From: Paraspadella gotoi
Taxonomy: Eukaryota; Animalia; Chaetognatha
Assembly: GCA_051294375.1 (NCBI GenBank)
Contig: CM119268.1
Span: 21,782,010-21,846,009, forward strand
Direction: 5' to 3'
DNA length: 64,000 bases
Shown: positions 38,320 through 52,675 of the stretch, one piece after another
Layout: each line of letters opens with the position of its first letter
Numbering within the stretch: the first letter of the stretch is position 1
Translations under genes and position numbers: made by a program
The notes under the pieces: generated by a model
Seen by the model: only the letters and a program-made list of their open reading frames with translations
Told to the model about the DNA's origin: nothing
Databases searched by the model: none

Positions 38320-38765
38320 TCTTTTCCGAAAATTCCCTATTTTAGCTTAAATATAGAATTGAGTTAATCTTTAGGTCTTAAGATTAGATTAGGGAATAAG
38401 GATTAGGTGAGCGAAAAAGGTTAGGAATTAGGGTTAGGGCTTTGGCGAGGGATTTAGTTAGGGAATCAGGGTTAGAGTTAAAGATTTGGGTTAGAGATTT
38501 GGGTTAAGATTAATTTTAAGGATAAGGGTTTAGGTTAAGAAAATATGGTTAGTGAATTAGGATAGAGTTTAAAGATTAAGGATTGTGTTATGTAGTTGGT
38601 AAAAAATAGAGGTTAAATATTTCATTAAAATAAAATCTAGGGGTTAAGAACAGAAATTGGGCGCCTTCGAAAAATAGTATCGACCTGCCATGTATTCTTG
38701 GTTGGCCAAGACGTCGAATTTCTCTCAAGATCCAACGATAACAAACGACACCCCGTGACTTAAAC
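38320..38765 (+). mobile_element. putative TIR/MITE-like element with TTAGGG-like core (family C, copy 2)
   Basis: ttttccgaaaattccctattt ... (ttaggg/ggtta)-rich ... gaaattgggcgccttcgaaaaa. Confidence 0.55.
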
Positions 38766-38974
38766 AAAAGATCAACAGTCGCCAGCTTTAAAAAAAAAAA
38801 TTCTCTTCCAAAACGCGGAGTGACGCCAACGTCTTTCGAGCGAAAGATATTGAGGTTAATATAAAAAGTAATAAAAAGTAATGAAAAAGTAATAAATGCG
38901 CGTTTTGTCTTTCATCTCACGTCTGACGGAACCAAGTTTTGATTCTCGATAAGAGAGAGAATTTCATTTCGATT

Positions 38975-39215
38975 GGTGACGACGATAACGATGACGACGA
39001 CGATGATGACGAAAGCGACGACGACGATGATGACGACGACGATGATCACGATGACTACGACGATGATGATGATGACGACGAAACGATGATGAGCACTACG
39101 ACGAGGACCATGACGATGATAACAAGAAAATGAAGAAAACCACGATGATGACTAAGAAGACGAAAACGAAGACGCAAAAACGACGACGACGACGACGACA
39201 ACAACAACAACGAAG
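38975..39215 (+). repeat. (GAC/GAT)n trinucleotide low-complexity tract
   Basis: Visible; no splice-consistent ORF found. Confidence 0.8.
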
Positions 39216-40693
39216 CCGAAGAAATCGAGTTCGATTTCGCTCGATGTCGTCAAAAGTCGATTCCCACCGACGGCGTCTCCACCGTCGCTGGAAACGACGC
39301 CGTCTCGACCGGCATCGTTGGTGGCGCCTTTTCCGTCGGCGTCACGCGCGATCGGCGCCCATTAATATTTATGGATCCATCAACGCGAATCGGCGCGTGG
39401 TTGGCACGTGAGACGAGCGCGCCGGAAGTTTGCACTTTCTCTTTTTTTTTTCTGTCTTTCTCTTCTTCCTTTTTCTTTCTTTCCATATTTTTCTTTCATA
39501 TGTTTTTTTTTCTTTTTCTTTTTATTTCCTTCTTTATTTCTATTTCGTTATTTCTTTATATATCTTTCTCTTTCTTTCTTTTTTTCTTTCCTTTCTTTTT
39601 TTCTTTCTTTCCTTTCTTTCTATTCATCTTTTTCTCATTTTTTTCCTTTCTTTCTACCCTTCTCCTTTCATTTACCTCTTTCTTTCTATTTCTTTATTTC
39701 TTTCCTTCTTCTTTCTTTCTTCTTTCTTTCTTTCCTTCTGTTCCTCTTAATAGTACAAGTAGTTAAAACAATAAAAAATGTTCATTTCGCTTTATATCCA
39801 CGCTTTAGGACTTCACTTTAATTGTAACATTAGCAAAATAAGAGAAAAGACAACATTCCTCGACTTGTTTTGCTGATTTGCGTTGACGTATGCTAAAAGT
39901 TAAAACAAATTATGAGCGGACATTCACTTTCATACTTTTAAAAGAATTATACTAATTGGATTGAGGGCGAAAAATTTTCTTTGCGGGAAAAAAAAGTGGT
40001 AAATTCCATCGTGACCGGGTCGTTTCGAAAAAGGTCACTTTGGTGAAAAAAAAAAGAAAATCATTACGACATATAAAATAATGAGGTGATGACAAAAATA
40101 AGGTGAGGCTTGTAAGGACCATTTCGTGTCAAAACTTACTCACCAAATTGAGTGGAAAAACCTTTCATTTGAAAATAATGAAATTAATATTATCAAAAAT
40201 GTACGTATTTTGGGTCACCCTGTATCTGTTCGTCCTCGGGAGCTAATTTACGTTAAACTACAGAAACGTCCGCTTCGTTAAAAAAACTATGAAACTATGA
40301 AGAAAAATAACCTTTATAAATATAAATATAATATTTAGATTAGTCGTGACACACCTGCGCGCTGTTTTCTCTAGAACTCGACTCGAAATTAAATTGACCG
40401 CCGACAGATCGGACGCGACAAAGTGCAGGGATGTGGAGCCAGAGCTGGAGCCGGGACAAAATTAGGTCGGCTCCACATCCTTGTGCTCGTGAGAGGAATT
40501 AAAGATGAATTCAAAAATAATTGTACCGTAACTGGTGTAACTCTTTGGATCGTTTCTGACAGTTTAGATGTTATTCTTTCTGCATTTTTTTTCGGCCCCA
40601 GAAGGGGAATATATGGAATCTAACCTACATCGAAACGCACTTAGATAAACTTTTTAAGCTAGTAAGTCAATCTTGATTAATTATTTCTTTATT

Positions 40694-40840
40694 GACAGGA
40701 AAGCCAGGTACCCTGGAGTGAATAAACTAGACTGTGGGAGGGTCTTGATTAAAAGCTCTCAAGATGTTAATATCTAATAATATGGATGGAGCCCACCATT
40801 GCCTGCGCAAAGTCAGTCGCAAGGTAGCCTTATCTAATTC
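40694..40840 (+). repeat. dispersed repeat family B, copy 2
   Basis: Matches 12377-12530. Confidence 0.8.
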
Positions 40841-41851
40841 ATAAAACGAATGAATAATTTTTAGATGGGTTACACTATTTTCATACCCAAAAACATCGCT
40901 AGCTAATAATTGTCTTGAAGATGCCGATTACAAACTAACTTTTCCTGTCGCGACGCAAGATGTCGTTTTTGTAGATATTGCGTCAGCCCTCAGTCTAATT
41001 AGAGTAAACTATGATAACACTTAAACATTACTAACGTAATTATCTAACGTCAAAATCGGCGAATTGACGATTTAGACCGCAGTTTCGCTAACGGCGTTAG
41101 TAACGCGATGTAACGAACGGGAGGAGAAGATAACTGATAAAGGAGGAAGACACTTTAATGTTCCTATATTCGACGTCGCTTTCACATTTCCCGTTCCGAT
41201 TGGTCAATAATCGTCAAGGTCGTCGACTCCGATCTCTTGATTGGTCGCTTTTTCTTTAGCGACGTCTCGCGGCGAAAAAAAGAAATTATCTCCGAGGAAG
41301 AGGAAAAAGGAAGATTTACTGACCTCGTCCTTAAGAGTCTTAAGCCCGCGTTCCTCGACTGGGATCAGAAGAGAGGTCTTTGGTCTTCGAGACGGTTCAG
41401 CGCTCATCTACGACCCAATTGTTTCGTAGAGCGTAACTTCTTTATATTTTCATTACAAAGTTTTGTCAAAAAAACAAAACCAAAATAGAAAAAAACCAAA
41501 CCTTTTTTTCTCAATTCAAGTCTTGATTAATATTTTCTCGTTATATACAATTAGTTTAGCAACTTGTGCGACCTTTGTTAACATTTTATTATTTACAAAT
41601 CGGTGTATCAGTACTGAAGAGCTCTTTCACCCTCTCTGTCTCACTCTTTCTCTCCATCTTCCTAAGTATTAAAAAGGAATTAATTTGTCCCTAAATTTGA
41701 CCACCGATAGGCTTTCGTGGTGAGCTTAGTTGTGGAACGAAGCTCGAGTAAGTAAGAGCGAGGTTGAGAAAGAAGCCTTCTCTTCAGCCCGAGGTTGTTT
41801 CGCCCCAAGAAAATTTTAAATAAAACGAAAACAAAAACAACAACAATAAAA

Positions 41852-44242
41852 ATGTCAAACGAAATTCTGGGAGTGAACAGAGCGGAAACGGAAACCCAAA
41901 GAAGAGACGTCAAATCGAAAATAACGAATGAAATCAATGGCGTCGTAGATGACGATGTCAAACTCAAACCCAAAAAGACCGAGGAAAATCATGACCCCGC
42001 GGGTGAGTGGCGGTGAGAATGCGTGAAATCAACGAGTAAGGATGATAAGATTATAATTACGCTAAATAATTCTCTTTTGACTACCGCTGTATTTGAATGA
42101 CTTGTGATAATCATGTTCGTAATGATGAAAATTTCACTCTTGTGGGCAATGATAGTTTACGAAGTCAAATTGCTTGTTGCATCTTTCACTTCGTCGTGTT
42201 TTAGATTGGAGCGGCAAAAGTTTTCATAGTTAAAAAAACGATTTGTTTAAGTTTAACTCTTAATCCTTATAAAATCATTAATGTTCATTATCATCATCAG
42301 CGCCAAGCATGTTCGACATGCCAGATAGAACAATTACAATATGAGGAAATCTGTTTCATTTCCAACCTCAACTTATCCTCTCGGTTTTTTGCTCAGACGG
42401 GGTGGAAGAATCCACGCTCGTTTCTCGACTCGGCGAAATCAAGAGAGATCGATCCATTTCTCCGCATCCTCACGTCAGAGACAAAGATGAAGGTAAGTTT
42501 CAAAAGCTGGAATCTCAACGATACTAACCCGTGTGACATTGAACCGCTTAACTGATATGTACATAAAAAAAACCGTTTGTCTTGCTTTAGCCAAGATAAT
42601 ATTATAATTATAATTACTAAATCAGTAAACAATCAGTAAACAATTTTGTTCCAGATTTAGACAAATCTAAACGGATCGCAGACATGAGTTGTATGTACAA
42701 ATCCCTTCTGGACCGCTTGGGAGAGGATCCACAGAGAGAGGGACTGCGGAAAACTCCCGAAAGAGCCGCCAAAGCCCTCATGTACTTCACGAAAGGCTAC
42801 GAGGAAAATATTTCCGGTGGGTGCATTAAGATTAAAATGTAATAACGAAATAGTCGTTGCTATACTAAAATCTATAAAGTCTTGCAAGAGAATGAAATGA
42901 AATATTTCTTAATATTAACTTAATAATAATGATATACATCATTTTATTCCAAACCATTTCAGATGTGATAGGGGAAGCGATCTTCGATGAAAACCACGAC
43001 GAGATGGTCATAGTGAAAGACATAGAAATGTTTTCCATGTGTGAACATCATTTGGTTCCATTCATCGGCAAGGTAAGTTTTTAGTTTCGCCAAGTGTACT
43101 CGCGGAGCAACTTTTCGGTTAATTAATTTGATCCCAAATTTTTTTTTTAGGTCTTTTTGTCACTAACCCTGACAAAAGCAATGACAACAACAATGAGAAT
43201 AATACCGATAACGATTGACTTAATTGATTGACTGATTATTTAATTATTGATTAATTATTTGATTAATTAATACATCTTGCCTTTACATTTAATATAAAAA
43301 GAAAAAGAAGCATAATCAATTAGTGAAACAGGTTTTTTTTTAAACTCATTTCCACTCAAACCATTCCATCGAAACTTGATTTCCAGCTTTCCTACCCACA
43401 TACAAAATTTCAAGTTAATCGTCCCATCCACTCATGAGTAATTGGCGTTCAAATAATGAATTTTTTTTTTTCGATTTAAACTCTTTTCCACTAGCACGAT
43501 TCCATCGAAACTTCATATCCAGCTCAATCACACACTTCCCTACCCACATACAAAATTTAATTCCAATCCATCCATCCAATTACGAGTACTTTTTTTGCTA
43601 AGGTAGGACGGACGGATGGACGGACAGACAGACGGACGGACATCGTTTTTTTCATAATTTATCATAATTTGATATTCTGACATGATATATATGGTTGCCC
43701 GACAATATTGAGGGGGCGGACCGAAGGACCGACAAAGTGAATTATAGAGTCGGGATTTGCTTCTAAGCATCTCCGACTAAAAAGAATTCTGCTGCGCAAC
43801 ATCTAGAGCTCGTCGGTTCTTTTCTTTTCCAAAAAATATCTCATCCACTGATCCAGACGCTTCTTCCTTGTAGGTGTCGATTGGCTACTTACCCAACAAG
43901 CGCATTCTCGGCCTGAGTAAGATGGCGAGAATAGTCGAGGTCTACAGTAGGCGACTTCAGGTACAGGAGCGGCTGACCAAGCAGATCGCGTTGGCTCTGA
44001 CCGAAGCTATTCAGCCGGCAGGAGTCGGGGTCATCATCGAAGCAACGTGAGTCGCGCGTTAAAAGCCGAGGACATTAGCTCATTAATGATTAAATTAACA
44101 ATTTTAATTCAGGCACATGTGCATGGTGATGAGAGGCGTGCAAAAGATTAACAGCAAAACCATCACGAGCACAATGTTGGGTTATTTCCGTGAGGACCCC
44201 AAAACGAGGGAAGAATTTCTCAAACTCGCAATTAAATCTTGA
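41852..44242 (+). CDS. GCH1: GTP cyclohydrolase I
   Basis: Exons 41852-42002, 42397-42492, 42655-42816, 42963-43072, 43874-44046, 44113-44242 with consistent phases; [42 protein letters not shown] (Zn ligands), [38 protein letters not shown]. Confidence 0.98.
43200..43755 (-). mobile_element. family D interspersed element, copy 2, in GCH1 intron 4
   Basis: Reverse-complement match to 26280-26880. Confidence 0.8.
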
Positions 44243-46042
44243 CACTTACGATCATCATGAGCAAAGCCAAGGCCTCCTGGGTTCCGAAACCTTTTTTCTT
44301 TCGTCGTGATTATATTACCCGTTAAGTTTAACGTCTACCTGCTTTTATGGATTTGGTGTTATTAGCAAGTTAACAAAAGTAGATGGATATTAAACTTTCG
44401 ATGATAGGCTTTAGTTTCAATTTGAAGTAAAACAGAAAAATCAGAGTTCACTCGGTCTGCCTTGGTAAATAATACCACACTAAAAAGTTCAATTATTTCC
44501 CAATTTTGTTCTGCATGATCATCAGAATTAATTACACAATTAAATTTACTGCTTTTTACTTTTTGGTTCAAAAGATTCGAAGAATTCCGCCCCTAAACAA
44601 AGGTTTGGTGAAGCGTGAAGCAAAATTAAATTCCCAAATTAGAGCTCAGAAATTGGAGAACTTTAAAAAGTGAGGTTTTGTCGAGGTTCAAACTGAAATA
44701 AACTAATAAAGTCATCAAGTTAGGACTTAGTAGAATAGTGATATCAATTATCAGACATTAGAAAACATTCCGAGAATGTAAAGCAAAATAATAATATCAT
44801 AGAATGATAATTGTTTATTGACAGACAACTGCGAGACTAGGCTGTAGTAAAAATTGAATGTTACTATAAAAATTCTATCTTATAGTCATGGTAGAGGCAG
44901 AAAAATAGGCTCATTCGAAATTTCGAACTGTAAATTATATTTTTTTCGACGATCTTAAACCAAACTAAAATGATATTTTGCTACATTAGAGTACATATTT
45001 TGACAAAAAATTAAAATAAATTTTAAATAAATTGCGTAAAAAACAAACTTCCATCGAATTTGCTAGGTTAAACGTGTGCATACAATATTTTATACCATGT
45101 TGGTTCTATCTGGAATGGTCAATCACAGAAAAACATTGTCAAAAATAAAAAATGAAAATAAAAGATTTTTCGCTTTCACAATAACTTTTGAAAGACCAAT
45201 CGAGCAAATATGAAGATGAAGCTCAAAGGCGTCTACCATTGTCTAAAATTTAATATTACTTCGTTAAGTCACCGTTGAAACAATTTGTATTGCTTTTTCA
45301 CTAGTTGCTTTGAAAGACAAAGCGATTCCGATAATAAAGGCGATAAATATATACATTTGTTTTAAAAAAAGGAACATGAAGTGTGTTTTCTCTAAACGAA
45401 CTTGGTCTAAATTAAGGAATAGCGTTTTCCCTTTCCCTCGCGACATGCAAAATAAAATACTTATAACAAGAGCTTACCACTGATAGTACTAAAAATTAAA
45501 CGGAACTTAAAAAATTCGAACTCGTGAAGCGAACGTTTGACAACGATAATTACGTAAAAAAATTATCCAAAAAGTAATAGCATGATCATGGATCGTGAGA
45601 GAAATAAAATTTTGGGGGGCATTTGGTAGACTCGTAGGACAAAGTTTTTCCTTCCTTTACTTTTTTTTAGCTTCAGTCTTTGTTCCCGATCTCGCGACGC
45701 AGACGACGATAATTTTCGCGTCGTGTTTACTGTTAAACTGGGTTTTGTTGTGGTTGTTGTTATGCCAAGATTGAAAAAAAGGTTGGACAAAAACTAAAAG
45801 AGGGACAAAGTGCTATGAATAATCTTGTTTTAATCCTTACACGCTTGAATTAACGATAAACATAATAAAAAAAAAGCGATCATCGACAAAGTGACTAAAA
45901 TTTCCACAGTTTCGAGAGAGAGAGAGAGAGAGAAAGAGAGAAGAGCGAAAAAAAAATATTTGCCTACTTTGCTGGTACGCACACTGTCGCACAGTCGAGT
46001 GGAGCACCGAGACCTTTTTTTTTCTTCCCTCGTTTCTCAGGA

Positions 46043-47675
<1,633 letters not shown>

Positions 47676-50563
47676 ATGAAGGTCATGATGGCGGATCCGG
47701 TAAAGATCGTCCACGATTCTTCCGCGGGTGACGAATACGACAGTGACGGCGACGACGCCTACTCGGCGTGGGACGACTTTTACTCGCGACGTAGCGTTCT
47801 GAACCCGTCGTGCCTCTCGGCTCGCGAAGGAAGAATGGTTTGGTTTTCTAAATCGGAAGAATCGGACGAAGGCCGAGCGTCTCCGACGGAGACGACAAAA
47901 ACGACGACTAAACGAGTCGTCACTCCCGACGCTAGTGACGCGGACGAAACGCCGGCGAAGAAGAAGGCGAAGTTTTCCTTCACCGTCGTCGCCAACGCCC
48001 TCAACAACGACGTCGACGACGATATGTTGGATTCTCTCGTCGATTGGCCGCTGCAGACTCTCGTCGACATCTTCAATAATTCCTTGATCAAGGATCGACT
48101 GCGATGGCGCGCCAACGTGGAGAAGGTGTTGACGAGTTTGGCCGACTCGTGGACGCAAGAGAGAAAACTCGACTTCGTCACCATGGCGACGGAGAAGCAA
48201 CGACTCGCTCTCTCGACGATCTGTCTCTTCTTGGACGTGGTCCCCGTCGAGCCGCTGATGTTGCTCTCGCCCGACGCCGCCGCGACGAAAGAGTTGGCGC
48301 GGCGTCACCGGTCGCAAGTGCCTCGTCTCATGGCGGGTCTCGCCTCTTGGTACAAGGCGTCGATGAGTGTCAAAAAGGCCGCCGTACGGGAGAGCGGACT
48401 TTACCCGCCCAATCCGCCGGCCTTCGCTTTTCCCATGTTGAGCGATCGACAAATTCAATCCACGTTGAAGATGATTTCCTACGTCACGGACTGCGCCTAC
48501 CCTATCGCTTATAGGTCAGTTGGTTACAATAGAAAAGGATTTTTTGGTTCGTATGTAATTTGCTAATTAGTAATATAGCTTGTAGCCTTGCCGTCGAACC
48601 ACTTAATCTGTACCACTTTTTCTTCTTTCCACTTTTTTTCTATTCTTCATATTTTCCACCAATATTTTATTTCTATCATTTTACTTTTCCACTCATCCTC
48701 ATTTTCACTTTTCCTTTTCTCCCTTTCTCCCTCCTCAGACGTCACTTTTTCGCCGAACACCTTTCCCTCCTCGTTTCCTTGTGGCGCAAGAAGTTGATTT
48801 CCTCCGTCAGCGTCACCCGCATCCTGGCGGAGATCTTCGGCGACGAGGCGCGCGACCGTGAGTTCGCCCTTCGCGCCCTCAACGCGGATAAAGAACTTCA
48901 CAGACTCTTAGAGGATCGTTGGAATAACGGCGCTGGGGTGTCGACGAGCATCTCGACCGTCCTTCCTCGTCACCCCGAATGTTGGAGCGAGAACCGAGAA
49001 AAGACTCACCCGACCCGACTGCCCGTCATCCGCCTCGAATCCCCCTCCTCCATGACCCTCGATGACTTCCTTGCGTCGTCCGCGGCGTCGCCCGATCCAC
49101 GTCGCATCGGCGTCGCTTTCCGCTCCGACGGCGCGCTGCATAAAGTCAAGCGTCTCGCGGCGCTGATGCTCGCGGTGCCGGGCCGCGCCGAGACTTTTCT
49201 TCTGCGGATGATCGGGCGGAGCGAGGAGTGGTTGGCTTCGACTTACGAGAAGCTGCGCCAGCGACAATGGGTCGTTTTCTCAGAAGGAAAACTGACGGAG
49301 TTGCTCGCGCCGGCGATGGAGAAAGTCCCGACCGTCGTCGATCGAACTCTTGGCGATTTGGCGAAGAAGCACGACGTCAAACTCTGCCTCGCCTCCAGAG
49401 CCGACCGGCTGGAGAAAGAGGAGGACCTGGACGATTATTTGGAGCAGCACTTGGCGATGGAGGCTGTGTTGATACGAAAGGAGATGGAGAAGGAGAAGGG
49501 GTTGAAAGTGGAGGAAGTAAAGATGGAGAAGGATGATGGGGAAAGAGAAATGAACGAGAGAATGGAGGATGGAGGGAAGAAAGGAGGAATGATGTCGATA
49601 GAGACATCGACAGCGGTGTTGGTGGAAGATAAAAATTTAAAGAAAGGGGAAGAGATGGGAAAGGAGGCATCCTTGGATGGAGAGAAGGAAGGACTCTCGG
49701 TAGAAAATGAGCAAGAGAAACGGATTGATAATGATGAAGATGCATTGGAAGTGGTTGATGAGGTTAATGATTCGATGGAGGAAATGCCGGAGTATGTAAA
49801 CGTTGAAGGTGAAGAGAAGAAGTTAAGAGAGCAAAAAGAGAAAGACTTTAAGAAAAATGAGATGGAAGGAGAGACTGATAAGGATGAAATGGAGGGAGAG
49901 ACTGATAAGGATGAAATGGAAGGAGAGACTGAAAAGGATGAGATTGAAGCAGAGAATGGAAAGGAGAAAGAGATCGAGGAAGAAAGGAAAAGCAAGGAGA
50001 GAGAAGAGAAAACTAATCAAGAAGCGAGGAAAGTAGATAAGGATGAAATGGAAGGAGAGACTGATAAGGATGAAATAGAAGGAGAGACTGATAAGGATGA
50101 GATTGAAGCAGAGAATGGAAAGGAGAAAAAGATCGAGGAAGAAGGTAAAAGCAAGGAGAGAGAAGAGAAAACTAATCAAGAAGCGAGGAAAGTAGATAAG
50201 GATGAAATGGAAGGAGAGACTGATAAGGATGAAATGGAAGGAGAGACTGATAAGGATGAGATTGAAGCAGAGCATGGAAAGGAGAAAGAGATCGAGGAAG
50301 AAAGGAAAAGCAAGGAGAGAGAAGAGAAAACTAATCAAGAAGCGAGGAAAATAGATAAGAGAGAGAAAGTCGTGGCAGTAAAAACAGATAAGCGGTTGGA
50401 CTCGAACCCGGATGCGATTGACGCATCGGTAAAAGAAAAGGATGCAATAGAAATAGCGAAAACAGAGGAAAAAGTGGCTGACGAGGAAATTAAGGTCAAT
50501 AGGAAAAGGGGGAAGAAAGTGGCGGCGAAGAGAGGAAGAGGAAAGAAAACAAAGTCAAGATAA
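47676..50563 (+). CDS. unknown ~887-aa protein: helical region, degenerate DEDD 3'-5' exonuclease-like domain (MUT-7/EXD/WRN-type), acidic repeat tail, basic NLS-like motifs
   Basis: Exons 47676-48514 and 48739-50563 join in frame (AG|A = Arg). Codon style matches the neighbouring genes. IGVAFRS..RLAALMLAV..ETFLLRM and TLGDLAKK..QHLAMEAVLI parallel the ExoI and ExoIII regions. The gene call is firm; the domain call is by eye. Confidence 0.8.
49855..50360 (+). repeat. coding tandem repeat: 27-bp units (DKDEMEGET) nested in 3x 159-bp (53-aa) units
   Basis: aactaatcaagaagcg at 50011, 50170 and 50329. Confidence 0.95.
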
Positions 50564-52237
50564 TGACAAAATAAGAGTATTGGATACCGAAACGTTAATT
50601 TAGAGTATAGGTTATCGTTAAATGTCTTTCATTTTATTTTTTTGTTGTTGCTATTTTCTTGTTTTATTGTTATTTTACACTTAGCCTTAGGCAATAGACA
50701 ATAGTGTTTACTACTTTTTTCCTTTTTGAACTATTTTTTTTTCAGATGTTTGCTACTAAGTAAGAAATTCTTTCCGAACTCGGTCGTCAGCACGAATAAC
50801 TTGGCGCGTGAGATTGGAAGTCGACATCGTCCGCGACGAACCGCTTCATCATCCATCCGTTACGCGGTCATAATTGGTTAATGGTTTATCCTTTTGACTC
50901 TTAGACTTTTCTTTTCTTCTATTTTTTTTTCTCGGTCACTCCAATTTTTTTTAACTTACACCTATGGATTTCCAATTTCAAAATCTATATTTATCATGCA
51001 TAAATTTTTATAATATGTGCGTAAAACGAGTGTCCTCTTTTTTTTTTGCATCATTCCTATCATTAGTCGGTTTCTGTTTAAAACATTGGTAATATTTTAT
51101 TTATTGGTAAAACTCGGGGAAAACTCTTTTTTCCCATAATCACTTTTCTCATTTGTATTGTTGCGGAAGTCTGTTTTTCAGAGTGCTCTTTTTTACCGAT
51201 TTAGTTTGTTTCATCGAAACCCCCTTATGTCTATTGAGACCAAGCTGCCTTCGTTTTGCCTACTCAACTTTGTCACTCTATATTTTCTTCCCTTCTTCTC
51301 TTTTTCGGTTGACTTTTTCTTCCCTTTTTCTTCCCTTTCTCACTCCTCTTTTTCGGTTGACTTTTCTCACTTCTCTTTTTCGGTTGACTTTTTCTTCCCT
51401 TCTCACTTCTCTTTTTTGGATCACTTCTCTCCTCTTCTCACTTATCTTTGTCGGATGACTTATTCTCCCAGGCTGACTCCGTCACTCTCTCACTCTGTCG
51501 CTTCTCAATTCCTTTACTACGCGGCTCCTCCTCTTTTTTTACCGATCGGCTCATCCTTTTCCCCAGATCGGTCGAAACCGTTTGACGTCCTTTTATCGAC
51601 CGGCGACGAATGTCATCACGCGATCGGCTTCTCTCTCGTTTCCGTAGTAAAAATTCTTTTTCCTTATTTCTACATATATATAAATATTTCTCTCTCTTCC
51701 TCGTTTTTCCCGCCTCGGATATTTTCGCGTACAAATCTTGACTCTTTTAACGAAACTTTTTTCCTAATGACGAAGAAATCGATAATTACTTACCCTCCGT
51801 GGGCGTTCCCCGTCTTTAACGCTTGTTTTCGTTGCGCGGCGACAATTTCTGTCACACCCCGATTTCCTCTCGCGTCACAGTCGGGTCACACCTTCGCTCT
51901 AATTACCGTCAAACCTGACAACACTCTCATCCCACTATTTATTTCACCTCCACACTTTCTGCCGTTGCAACATTTTTCCAACGTCAAAAGAATTATATAT
52001 TTTTTTTAAATTAGTTATGTAAGTTTTAACTCTTGGGCGATTAAAAAATAAAATGTATAAGAAATAGGTTTATTAATCACAACCGAAAAAAAATTTAATT
52101 AATAAAATTAATAATTAACCAATTACTAAAATAGATACCTACCTAAAGGAAATAAAACCCACTGTTAACTTTCCGTTTCTTCAATCGCTGCATATTTGAG
52201 ATTCATTAAGATTAGGAAAAACTCCGCCCACACAATC

Positions 52238-52275
<38 letters not shown>

Positions 52276-52628
52276 CCAGCTTAAATCCAAAAGGGAGAAG
52301 AAGACCTGCCGCGGATTTTTTCTTATTTATCCTGCGTTTTTCGTTTGGATCACTCGCAGTACCTGTGACCAGAGGAAGAAAGTGAGACTGAGAGCGAGAC
52401 ACAACGCAAGAAATAAAAAGGGGGGGTTGACAGAAAGAGGAAACGGGGGCAAAAAGGGATCTTGGGGCGTGGGACTTTTTCGAGCTATAAATCATAAACT
52501 AAAGAGAAGTGGCAAAAAATGGTATTTATTATAGGAGAGAAGCAGAGCGAGAGATCGACATAAAAAGATTAAAAGAAAAGAGAAGCGTCGTGGACTGAAT
52601 GCGTCCTCAGCGGGCGCCCTTGGGGCGA

Positions 52629-52675
<47 letters not shown>

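Noticed and set aside
38939-39411. Asp-rich or Arg-rich ORFs as a gene between VMAT and GCH1
   Set aside because: Trinucleotide low complexity, no recognisable domain or consistent splice structure
51158-52009. 283-aa ORF
   Set aside because: T/C-rich composition with internal short repeats and a non-ATG start; unlike real exons in this window
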